DNA of 63,215 nucleotides, the filler included, from Chlamydiia bacterium (lineage in GTDB: Bacteria; Chlamydiota; Chlamydiia; Chlamydiales; FEN-1388), in NCBI GenBank assembly GCA_903848235.1. It is 11 parts of 11 records of this genome, joined end to end, with 100 filler letters (N's around TTAATTAATTAA, not from the genome) between each part and the next. Parts side by side here need not be neighbours in the genome. Positions count along the whole stretch, not along the records: positions 1 to 11,921 come from CAINFV010000069.1; 10 more parts are not named here. One strand, 5' to 3'. A program made the translations under genes and the position numbers. The notes beneath the pieces were generated by a model that was not told the DNA's origin, did not search any database, and worked only from the letters and a program-made list of their open reading frames with translations. Of the stretch, positions 1-8,517 are shown piece by piece. The first letter of the stretch is position 1. Every line of letters begins with the position of its first letter.

Positions 1-287
1 AAAAGTGTCGACGAGGCACTTCCTACGACAAAAAAGCGGTCTTTTAGTGAGAAGGTTCCCTCAATACTATTTCCATTCGTTGATTGCACATGTTTTGTCG
101 CCATTGTGGAAGCTCTCCGTGCCACATGTCGACGGGTAGCTGGCGCTCAAGGTTTTGTGGCAAGAATTGATGCGGCATTAGCCGCCCTGCTGGGGCCGAC
201 AGAGCTGAAAAGTCCAATTTCTGTAGATGCGTTGATAGCTGAGTTTTTACGCCGGCTAGAGGATCTTGATGGTGAAATCAATACTAT
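1..287 (+). repeat. Rearranged duplicate of downstream sequence: 1-105 copies 3078-3182 (pkn5 3' region); 106-287 copies 2669-2850 (ORF 2495-2872)
   Basis: Direct comparison: 1-105 differs from 3078-3182 at about one base; 106-287 is a diverged copy of 2669-2850 (peptides ALRATCRRVAGAQGFVARIDAAL vs ALRAACRRVAGAQGLVARIDAAL). Confidence 0.9.
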
Positions 288-449
288 ACCCACTTAAGTT
301 CAAGAATCGGGAATTTGCCAACGCCGAAAACCCCATCTTCGATTCCGAAAAAACAGCCTTTATATCCAATAGTGGGCTTGTTTTTTCGGAATCAAATCTG
401 GAGCTTTCGGCGTTGGCAAATTCCCGATTCTTGAACTTAAGTGGGTATA
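285..449. repeat. Palindromic MITE/RPE-like element, family A
   Basis: About 45-bp perfect terminal inverted repeat TATACCCACTTAAGTTCAAGAATCGGGAATTTGCCAACGCCGAAA with further internal pairing and TA at both ends; related to 33877-34039. Confidence 0.85.
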
Positions 450-549
450 CATACGAAGGAAGAGGAGTTGCACTGATACTGCCGCCGCGATGGTTGGCTG
501 TAACAAGGGAGACGGCTCTTTAACATCTTCCTCGTGCATCAACTAAGAA

Positions 550-1500
550 TCACTCTTTAACGGCCTCTTCAGCTACGGCCTCACTAAAATTCCTACCGTG
601 GAATAGACTGGCAATTCTGTTCCTCAACTTTCTGTATCGTAGGCAGACTTCATCGGTCTCGGTACATTTCTTGGAAATAAAAAAAGGAAGTTGAAAGAGG
701 TAGGGAATTTCAATTTCTTCATAATCTCTATTCCTAACACTTCTCATCCAGCGCCACTCGTCATTAAACGATTCAAATTCAGATACATGAGGCTCAGGAA
801 CAAATGGTTCGTATGGAACATCATTTATTAGACGCCTACAGGACGGAGACTCAGTAATTATCTCCGGTATGGGTTTGGGATCAAACGGGAGCAGGCAGAC
901 CAATGGATATTTCTTTAAATAGAAACCAACATCCAAATATCTTTCATAATACCGACTGTTTTCTTCTCCATACCCCAATGCAATTCCAATGGCAACAACG
1001 TCGCGTTTAAAACAGTCTACAATGTGAATTTTTGGGTCAGCTAACGTTGTGTAAAAAACCTCGTAAGCTCCATATTCTCTTTCAACTAAATCAGAAAGAT
1101 ATTTGTTTTTTTTCACGCAATCAAAAAGAGATTTTTTATGGATAAGTATGATTTCAGAATAAAAATCAGCGGGACGAAATATCTTTAACAAAAAGCGGGG
1201 CGACCCATCAAATGTTTTCTCAAGCGATTCAAAGAATTTTTTTTGAAGCTCTGGATTTGGTATAGACTCAAAACCGCAGCAATACTCTATGGAAATAGGC
1301 TTTTCGCCAATCAGGGTATATCCACAACATCTAGAAAACACCCTCTGAAATTCTCTTTCAATAATAGAATCATCACGGTCTCGGACCTGATTATAAGAGA
1401 ATCTGCTACAAATCCATCCTGGCCAAAAAATAAATAGGAGGATGAAGAAAAAAAAGCAAAACACAAATACAATTGTTCTTCTTTTCACAACATCCTCCAA
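550..1500 (-). CDS. Hypothetical membrane-anchored protein of a type seen in environmental Chlamydiae
   Basis: 316-aa ORF with an N-terminal hydrophobic anchor and GYTLIGEKPIS / GIALGYG motifs. Confidence 0.75.
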   Translation of the reverse strand: MEDVVKRRTIVFVFCFFFFILLFIFWPGWICSRFSYNQVRDRDDSIIEREFQRVFSRCCGYTLIGEKPISIEYCCGFESIPNPELQKKFFESLEKTFDGSPRFLLKIFRPADFYSEIILIHKKSLFDCVKKNKYLSDLVEREYGAYEVFYTTLADPKIHIVDCFKRDVVAIGIALGYGEENSRYYERYLDVGFYLKKYPLVCLLPFDPKPIPEIITESPSCRRLINDVPYEPFVPEPHVSEFESFNDEWRWMRSVRNRDYEEIEIPYLFQLPFFISKKCTETDEVCLRYRKLRNRIASLFHGRNFSEAVAEEAVKE

Positions 1501-1514
1501 ATCATAGCAAGGGA

Positions 1515-1889
1515 CTATCTACGGTTTTTCATATATGGGCATGTCCATTCGTGAACCCGCTGTGCGTCTCTCGAGGAAAATTCTTGTCCACAGCCCCCAC
1601 ACTTAAACGACATTCGACCCTTTTCCTCAAATTTAATAACCTCTGATTCCAAGAAGTAAGCCCCCTTCTTATCCGCATGTATAGCTCTTGTTGTGATAAC
1701 GCCCTTACTCGTTCTAACCTGGATGCCCGGCTCACAAAACGTAACATTAGCTTTGTTCACATAAAACTTTTTTTTGTTGTTAGCCTTGTTGCTGGTTCCG
1801 GCAAACAATCCTCCAAAGGCACCCATGGCAATCAAAGCAATAAACCCAAGTCTGGACATTCGCATAGTCGGCTCCTTGTGAAAATTCAT
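1515..1889 (-). CDS. Small secreted protein with C-terminal CxxC...H...C zinc-finger-like motif
   Basis: Signal-like N-terminus (MRMSRLGFIALIAMGAFGGLFA, real start probably near 1865) and CGGC...HEWTC; 14 bp upstream of 550-1500 on the same strand. Confidence 0.7.
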   Translation of the reverse strand: MNFHKEPTMRMSRLGFIALIAMGAFGGLFAGTSNKANNKKKFYVNKANVTFCEPGIQVRTSKGVITTRAIHADKKGAYFLESEVIKFEEKGRMSFKCGGCGQEFSSRDAQRVHEWTCPYMKNRR

Positions 1890-2181
1890 AAAGAATCCAT
1901 TAACGACATTTGTCGAAGATGTTGCCGCCAGAGAGTATGAGGTCAGTGTATTGGCTGCAATAGATTTTCAGTACAGAATGAAGAGGAATCTCAACGAATA
2001 TGATACGCCACACAGGCAGATGAACCATTACCTAGGATTCGAAGGGCAGGCCCCCTACAGCAGCTCTACAAGCAAGATTTTTGCCAACAGGACCAACAGC
2101 GCCTAATAGAAGAAGAACATATATACCACTCTTCATTGAAAAATCTACTTATCATTGAGTTTAGCCAATTAACGATTTGGT

Positions 2182-2293
2182 ATGAGCCGTATCCGTATAC
2201 GCATCCTATTACCCATAAGCCATCTTTACCGGGCTGGCGTCCGGTAAGAGGGCTTATGGGTAATATGATGCGTACGAATACGGAAACGGGCAT
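2182..2293. repeat. Long intergenic hairpin
   Basis: CCGTAT..ACGCATC.TATTACCCATAAGCC..TTACCGG pairs with CCGGTAA..GGCTTATGGGTAATA.GATGCGT..ATACGG. Confidence 0.75.
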
Positions 2294-2494
2294 GAAAAGC
2301 CACATTTTGAGGCTTCGGCAATTCCCGTGTTTCGCATCAATTGCTTTGTCCGGTCAACTCCTCCCATAAAGAGGCGGTGCAAAACCAATAAATTTAGTCA
2401 TTACCACTCGACCGAATCATGATCATTATCTTACAATCTCTCTAAGTCTTTTTTTTGTTTATGAGGTCATATCCACCTTATTATTTGACATAAG

Positions 2495-2872
2495 ATGCTT
2501 ATCAGCAAAGACTTATCTAAGCAAGTGTTAAAGTCAGGAGAATTACAAGGGATACACGTTGTCTTTAGTCCGCAGGATCTTGCTGGAAGTAGCGATCTTT
2601 TACAGAGGATAGTTTCGGCGTTGAATGTTGACGAAAAGGTGTTGGATTACGCCGCTTTAACACGAAGGGTGAAAGCTCTTCGTGCCGCATGTCGACGGGT
2701 AGCTGGCGCTCAAGGTCTTGTGGCAAGAATTGATGCGGCATTAGCCGCCCTGCTGAGGCCGACAGAGCTGAAAAGTCCAATTTCTGTGCAGGCGTTGATA
2801 GCTGAGTTTTCACGTCGGCTAGAGGATCTTGATGGTGAAATCAACACCATTGAACGAGATTTGACGCCATAG
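2495..2872 (+). CDS. Hypothetical alpha-helical protein
   Basis: 125-aa ORF with ATG start after an AT-rich intergenic region; partial paralog at 106-297 keeps the reading frame. Confidence 0.6.
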   Translation: MLISKDLSKQVLKSGELQGIHVVFSPQDLAGSSDLLQRIVSALNVDEKVLDYAALTRRVKALRAACRRVAGAQGLVARIDAALAALLRPTELKSPISVQALIAEFSRRLEDLDGEINTIERDLTP

Positions 2873-2890
2873 AATGGGTTTTAAGGCCCC

Positions 2891-4495
2891 CTATTGACTC
2901 TCTGTGGGATTGATAGCGATGAGGCAGGCTGGATAGTCGTCTATAACGCAGTCGCCCCGCAGACGGAGCTTTTGGAGGATTCCGCTCGTCTGCTTCTCAC
3001 AGGGAAGCTGCCTGGTCATATGAATAGCATTAGCAAGCATGACATTGAGAGGGACTACTGGGGTGGAGGCAAACTCCAAAAGTGTCGACGAGGCACTTCC
3101 TACGACAAAAAAGCGGTCTTTTAGTGAGAAGGTTCCCTCAATACTATTTCCATTCGTTGATTGCACATGTCTTGTCGCCATTTCTGTGGAAATATACAAC
3201 GACCCCCAGCCTTCATGTCTCCAGGTGAACTGGTGCGTGAGGGGATTTGCCGTAAGATAGGAATAGAGAAACGCGATCCCCTGGTCTGTTGCCTTTTGAA
3301 ATACTAATGAGATGAGATCTGAGGCCGTAAGAGAGGAGTTTTCGGATTGAATTGTTTGAAAGAGGGTATGGAGGCAGTACGTGTCGATAATCCCAGGCGC
3401 TCCTCGGTTGTCGCCTTTGGCTAAGAGGACTACATTCTCCCCTCGTTGTGTACAGCACTGAAAATAGAGGGCATTCAGTCCGACTCCGTACGACATGGCG
3501 ACCCCGATATTCGGGTCGTTTTGAGGAATTAGACTTGTCAGAAGTGATTTTTGAAGGGCTTCTAGCTGGGAGAACAACTCAAAGAAATAATCGACTCCCT
3601 GCCGATCTTTTTGGAGGGTGCCAGAATGAATATAGTCGGAGATAACTGTGATCAGCTCGCTGATATCATGGTAGCGGTCTTCGGGCTTTGGTTGGAGAGC
3701 CATATGGAGGATAGGTTGCATACCTCGTGGAGCTAACGTCAAAATAACTCGTCCATGGGTGATCTTGCCCATGACAAGTTCGTAGGCAATGATGCCGATA
3801 GAATAGATATCGGACTGAATGGACAGGTTTCTTGGGTTTTCTTGAGCCTCCGGGCTCATGTAAATTGGCGTTCCGATGAATCTTTTTGAAGGGGTGGTGG
3901 ACGTTTCGGGACTCTCGTTGATCACCCGTGCAATGCCAAAGTCGATGACTTTTACCTGATTTTGGTCGGTAATCAAGATGTTTTCGGGCTTCAAATCACC
4001 GTGGATGACGCCGTGGGTATGCAGATGCCCAATGGCATAGCAGACCTGCAAGAGGACTTCTAACGCTCGTTTTAAGGGGAGGGGGTTATGCTGAAGGATT
4101 CTTCGCAGGGATGTGCCGCGCACAAGCTCCATGGCGATGTAGACGCCGCCTTCCCACTCGCCATACTCATAGAGCTTGACGATGTTGGGGTGGTCTGACA
4201 TGGCAATGATGCGGCCTTCATTGACAAACTGTTGCACGAGGGCGGGGTCTGAGAGGAAGCGTGGCAGCAGGACCTTGACTACTATCTGGTCATGGGTCAG
4301 AGGATCGGTAGCCAGATAGATGGTGCTCATTCCGCCTTGAGAGTAGATCCCGTCAATATGAAAGCGGCCGATGTATTGAGGCAACACAGGATTCTGGAGA
4401 GGATCGCTTTTCTCTGATGGGCCAGGGGCGGCAGGTTCAGGCATGGGATGCTGCATGCTGCGAGAAGATGGTCTCTTTGATGCGGACGCCGACAT
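2891..4495 (-). CDS. pkn5: T3SS-associated Ser/Thr protein kinase Pkn5-like, with degenerate C-terminal domain
   Basis: Hanks motifs QGGMSTIY, VVKV, HGDLKPEN (non-RD), DFG, GTPIYMSPE, SDIYSIG; directly downstream of sctQ as in Chlamydia. Confidence 0.85.
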   Translation of the reverse strand: MSASASKRPSSRSMQHPMPEPAAPGPSEKSDPLQNPVLPQYIGRFHIDGIYSQGGMSTIYLATDPLTHDQIVVKVLLPRFLSDPALVQQFVNEGRIIAMSDHPNIVKLYEYGEWEGGVYIAMELVRGTSLRRILQHNPLPLKRALEVLLQVCYAIGHLHTHGVIHGDLKPENILITDQNQVKVIDFGIARVINESPETSTTPSKRFIGTPIYMSPEAQENPRNLSIQSDIYSIGIIAYELVMGKITHGRVILTLAPRGMQPILHMALQPKPEDRYHDISELITVISDYIHSGTLQKDRQGVDYFFELFSQLEALQKSLLTSLIPQNDPNIGVAMSYGVGLNALYFQCCTQRGENVVLLAKGDNRGAPGIIDTYCLHTLFQTIQSENSSLTASDLISLVFQKATDQGIAFLYSYLTANPLTHQFTWRHEGWGSLYISTEMATRHVQSTNGNSIEGTFSLKDRFFVVGSASSTLLEFASTPVVPLNVMLANAIHMTRQLPCEKQTSGILQKLRLRGDCVIDDYPACLIAINPTESQ

Positions 4496-5807
4496 TATCT
4501 CCTATGCGAACGAGCTCTCCTTGCCCAAAAATCTTCCCGTTGACTACAAGCATCACGCCGTTTTCTGGACGTATGTCGAGGTCAAGAAGGTTGCCAGGCT
4601 GAAGTGCTGTGAGCTGGTCAATTGACATCGTCAGTTCTGTCAGCTCTACGATGATCGTTAGCGGCAGCTGGTCGATGGTGACGGGCTCCTTGGCAAGATT
4701 TCCTGACATCTGAGTGGCTTGCTGCGCCTCTTCTTCTGTCATTGGGATGGCGGTCTCTTCTTGCTCTTCTGCCTCTTCTCCTTCGAAAGGATTTTCTTCA
4801 GAGGATGCTTGGTCTCTTGAAGATGCTCCTCGTGCAGGGTTTTGTGGTTGAGAATCTGCTGGTAGGTCGTCTTCAGGAGACTCACCGGGCTGAGGTCGGA
4901 TTCGTTTTTGAGGATTAAGTTCTTTCATAGACATGGAGTGGCCTCCGAGAGGAAGAAATGCTTCGTGTTGAAGTGGCATCTCTAAAATTTTTACATTGCC
5001 CTCTTGTACTTTTGCTCGGAAGAGGGGGTGTCCGTTGTGGGTTAAAAAGACCCGTGCTTTTGGGGAGTTTGGTATGTAGAACGGGTGGTCAATGAGCAGG
5101 AAATCACCGTTTTCCAAAGATCCTATTTCCTGAGCAGTGAGAAATGTTCTTCCAGCTTCTACGGAGATATGGACATCGATTTCTGAGCGTAGTGATGGCG
5201 ATGCTTTCGGCTCATCTCCCATTCGCAAGGTTCTCCAAGACTCGAGAAACTCAGGGGGAACGACGAGACGAGCAAGTGCCGTCTCCCCGAGAAGCTGAAC
5301 TTTGATATCCTGACAGAGGCTTCCTGCGCTTTCCGTTTCCTGACGCGTTGTGATGCGGGGCACTATTGCTTTTAGAGAGGGGATTTGATGGGCGCAGGCG
5401 ACGAGTTCTGTGGTGAAAAACAGCTGAAATTGATCAAAAAACGATGGTTCTTGCTTGAGGAGCGTTGCCATATCGACGTGAAGAATGTGTGCCATGAGGC
5501 GTTCTATGTCGCTTCGGCTGATGAGGAGAAGGATTTGTCCGTTGATACCTGGGATGGAAAGGGCGATGGGGATGACAGGCGCGACGAGGCCTTGGAACAG
5601 GTCGTCTTTTTCCTTCCACCCAAACTCTTGTGGAGAAAGGGCAAGATCGATGTCGAATATTTTTTTGAATTCAGCCCCAAAGTCATTCCATGGGAATGAA
5701 AACGTCTGATCAATCAGAGGGCGTCTGTCGAGAGCAAACAGTTCTCTCGAATAACTCCGAAGGTGTGTAAAGAGGTCAGACACGTGTGGTTCCGAAGCTA
5801 CACTCAC
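4437..5807 (-). CDS. sctQ: Type III secretion cytoplasmic ring protein SctQ (YscQ/FliN family)
   Basis: Two SpoA/FliN-like domains (ISVEAGRTFL..NGDFLLID; LPLTIIVEL..LQPGNLLDL..LVVNGKIFGQGELVRIGDNVGVRI) with an acidic linker; adjacent to pkn5. Confidence 0.92.
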   Translation of the reverse strand: MSVASEPHVSDLFTHLRSYSRELFALDRRPLIDQTFSFPWNDFGAEFKKIFDIDLALSPQEFGWKEKDDLFQGLVAPVIPIALSIPGINGQILLLISRSDIERLMAHILHVDMATLLKQEPSFFDQFQLFFTTELVACAHQIPSLKAIVPRITTRQETESAGSLCQDIKVQLLGETALARLVVPPEFLESWRTLRMGDEPKASPSLRSEIDVHISVEAGRTFLTAQEIGSLENGDFLLIDHPFYIPNSPKARVFLTHNGHPLFRAKVQEGNVKILEMPLQHEAFLPLGGHSMSMKELNPQKRIRPQPGESPEDDLPADSQPQNPARGASSRDQASSEENPFEGEEAEEQEETAIPMTEEEAQQATQMSGNLAKEPVTIDQLPLTIIVELTELTMSIDQLTALQPGNLLDLDIRPENGVMLVVNGKIFGQGELVRIGDNVGVRIKETIFSQHAASHA

Positions 5808-6120
5808 CGCTGTTTTCTACCTACGTATTCAGTTGTTTAAAACCTACTGTCGCTGAAACGACGATGAAAAGAGGTCGCTTCTCCTCTTGAGGTTATTCCT
5901 ACATTGCAGCTCTTAGCAATAAAAACCAAGCAACCGGAGGTTGAAAGCAGGAATAAAAACCTCATTCCGCTGTTTCTTTTTCATACCATACTCGGTGCGA
6001 TATCCACCAATGGGATTTTTCTGAGTATCGTTAATTACACGATGTCGGCGTCTGTTCGCAAGTATCTGCTTCGGTGTGCGACCATCTGAAGCGCTTTGCT
6101 CTCTGTCTTCTAGTGGTTGT

Positions 6121-6184
6121 CCCAAGTTGCTCTATCTGAGTCATCTAGGCATCGAGCCTTCTAGCGAATAGACGGCAACTTGGG
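6121..6184. repeat. Short (internally deleted) copy of palindromic family B
   Basis: Ends CCCAAGTTGC...CTAGCGAATAGACGGCAACTTGGG match the ends of 29676-29830. Confidence 0.7.
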
Positions 6185-6219
6185 TCCAATATGATTGTCG
6201 AGCGGGTTTTTCTTATGGT

Positions 6220-8190
6220 TTACTTTTTCCCTTTGGGTGGTGGATCGGGTAGGGGATGTGCTTTCTTTAGTGCTTCATAGTCTTGTAAGGTGATTGTGGC
6301 CATGGTTGGAAACAGGTGAATATCTTTAGCATGCTTTGTCCCTAATCTTAATAGAGCTCCTTCCGCTTGTTTTTCTCGTGCAGCCACCTCGCCTACGTAT
6401 CTTCCTTTTTCTTCTTCGACAAAAGTGCTTGTCGCTTGTTTCAGTTTATCTGGCAATCCTTTTTGTGCTTTACAAAAGTCGAGAATGGTCTGAACGTCTT
6501 TGATATCCTCTGAAAGCTGGAGGCCTGGTTTGGGCTCGGTGCTGGTTGCTTTTATCCAGTCAGTTAAGAATTGTTCAAGATCATCTGGATTCCTGCCGAG
6601 ATTAAGGCCTGCTTCTAAAGCATCTAGGTGTTGTTGTTCAGCGGGACTAGGGGGCGTAGGTGGGGTAAAATCAAGTCCCCTCCCCACCGTTGGACTCCAC
6701 TTCGTTTGAAAATCTTTCCGTAATACCGGTGCGGTATGTGGTGGTGCTGGCGCATCTCGAGCTGTTTCAGCCGGTAGTGGGGGTGCTGCTACGGTTGGTG
6801 ACTTGTCTCCATGAACGTCCGGAAGCGGAAAACTGAATGTTCCGTTACGTAAAGCTTCGTCCGCTATCGCCTCCCAATTCTCTTCTGCTGCTGCCATAAA
6901 TGGTGGTTCTGGAGTTATTTCATCCGGTGGACCCGGTTCAGTCTCTGGTGTGCCGAGCATTGGTGAAGAATCGCCAGAAATTGATAGACGATGACTCATT
7001 CCACGGGGAGGTTCGGCTGCCGCAGGCATTTCTTCCGGCATGGGTGGTGCAGGAATCGGCACGCCAAGTTCGTTCAATTTGGCGTTTGACTGTGCCAATA
7101 ATTCTTCCAAACCACTCCTTGTGGTGGGGGGGAAATGTGTGAAAGCTTCGGTTTTCAATAGTTCATGAAAATGGGAATTTAGAGCTTTTTGTTCATCTGC
7201 CGTTCCATGTCCCAATACATCTCGTGAAATTTTGGACATTTGTTGACATGCGACCAAAATTAAAATTATCCTTTGCTCTGGGGTAATTTTCTGGTAATCT
7301 TTATGCGAGGGATTTTCTAGATCTTTTGCTATCTGAACTAGCGCTTCCATGCCGGAACGATTGTATCCCTTAATTTCATCCAAAAGATTATGAAAAGTGT
7401 CTTTTGGCGCCCCAACGGATTGTGGTGATGGTTTACTGCCCGCTGTTTTTGCCGCCCCAACGGATTGGGGTGATGGTTTACTGACCGCTATTTTTTCCGT
7501 TATCTTTTTACATAGTTTCTCATAATCCGCTACTGAAAGGTCTTTGTCTTGGGCCACTTCATCTGCTATTTTGTAAAGGTCGGCAGGTTCCTGTGCTACT
7601 AGAATCTTTGTTGACCATTTGTTGAATGTTTCTTTCTGTATTTTTTTACGCTGTAGTGGTATTTTTTTACATAGTTTCTCATAATCCGATAATGAAACCT
7701 CTGTTCGTTTGTCTACTTCCTGTGTTGCTGCTGTAAGTTCTTCTAGCGTTTTCGCCTTATCAATTTTAGCTTCTAGTTCTGTAAAGCTCTTTTTTGCTCC
7801 GAATCCGAGAAGTCTTAAAAAAGTTATTACTTTTAACGTAGACTTAGGTGTTTTTGGTGCGGATGACGGGTTTTTGACTGTCGCGAATTTTCCCCGGGCT
7901 GTTTCTGAAATATCAAATTTGAGTCCCGATTCACAAACGGCCGAAGATAAAAGCATTCGATTATTTTCGCTTAATTTCGGTAAAACATTTGCAAAAATTT
8001 CCACTATCTGCGCATCGGTTGCTCTCAGTGGCTGGCCTTTCTTTTCGGTTGCTAGATACCTAACTTCTAAAATGATGTCTCCTAAAGACAGCTTCCCTTC
8101 TTTGGCGTTCGCTTTGGCTGAAGCCTGAGTAATAGCCTGTTGAAGCATGCTCCTATTAATTGATCCTAGCCCTAAATCACCACTTGCCAT
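6220..8190 (-). CDS. Putative T3SS effector (Pro-rich, internal repeats)
   Basis: 656-aa ORF upstream of sctQ; repeats SKPSPQSVGA x2 and DYEKLCKKI x2, long Pro/Glu-rich segment; no recognisable enzyme motif. Confidence 0.65.
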   Translation of the reverse strand: MASGDLGLGSINRSMLQQAITQASAKANAKEGKLSLGDIILEVRYLATEKKGQPLRATDAQIVEIFANVLPKLSENNRMLLSSAVCESGLKFDISETARGKFATVKNPSSAPKTPKSTLKVITFLRLLGFGAKKSFTELEAKIDKAKTLEELTAATQEVDKRTEVSLSDYEKLCKKIPLQRKKIQKETFNKWSTKILVAQEPADLYKIADEVAQDKDLSVADYEKLCKKITEKIAVSKPSPQSVGAAKTAGSKPSPQSVGAPKDTFHNLLDEIKGYNRSGMEALVQIAKDLENPSHKDYQKITPEQRIILILVACQQMSKISRDVLGHGTADEQKALNSHFHELLKTEAFTHFPPTTRSGLEELLAQSNAKLNELGVPIPAPPMPEEMPAAAEPPRGMSHRLSISGDSSPMLGTPETEPGPPDEITPEPPFMAAAEENWEAIADEALRNGTFSFPLPDVHGDKSPTVAAPPLPAETARDAPAPPHTAPVLRKDFQTKWSPTVGRGLDFTPPTPPSPAEQQHLDALEAGLNLGRNPDDLEQFLTDWIKATSTEPKPGLQLSEDIKDVQTILDFCKAQKGLPDKLKQATSTFVEEEKGRYVGEVAAREKQAEGALLRLGTKHAKDIHLFPTMATITLQDYEALKKAHPLPDPPPKGKK

Positions 8191-8350
8191 ACTGCCTCTT
8201 GATGTTATCCGGTTACTTCCCTATCAGGAGTTCTTCTGTACTCCCTTGTAAATATTTGAATATGAGAGAAAAGTCAATGAATAAATTTTATCGCTGGCGT
8301 GCGCCAGCTATACTCGCACAGACATTTCAAAAGACGAATACCGATTTTTA

Positions 8351-8481
8351 TTAGAATCTACCTCGGTGGACGACGATCTGATGTGCCTCGCGCTACCCCC
8401 AAGTGAGGAGCGTTTGAGGTCGTCTCAAATCGATCCATCTGATTCACCCAAGGTCGTGTCTCCTAGCGAATAGGTGGCAAC
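8351..8481 (-). repeat. Palindromic repeat family B, near full-length copy in reverse orientation
   Basis: Reverse complement (GTTGCCACCTATTCGCTAGG...GAGACGACCTCAA...CGTCCACCGAGGTAGATTCTAA) aligns along its length with 29681-29810. Confidence 0.75.
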
Positions 8482-8517
8482 GTCGGTTTTGCCTTCGCGC
8501 AGGTCCGCCGCCATCAT

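Noticed and set aside
5904..6125. Short ORFs between sctQ and the effector gene
   Set aside because: No recognisable motif or RBS; partly overlap a family B repeat.
7709..8128. Numerous antisense/overlapping ORFs in the track (e.g. 7709-8128, 13113-13535, 34895-35320, 50396-50896)
   Set aside because: Shadow frames of well-supported genes on the other strand or frame.
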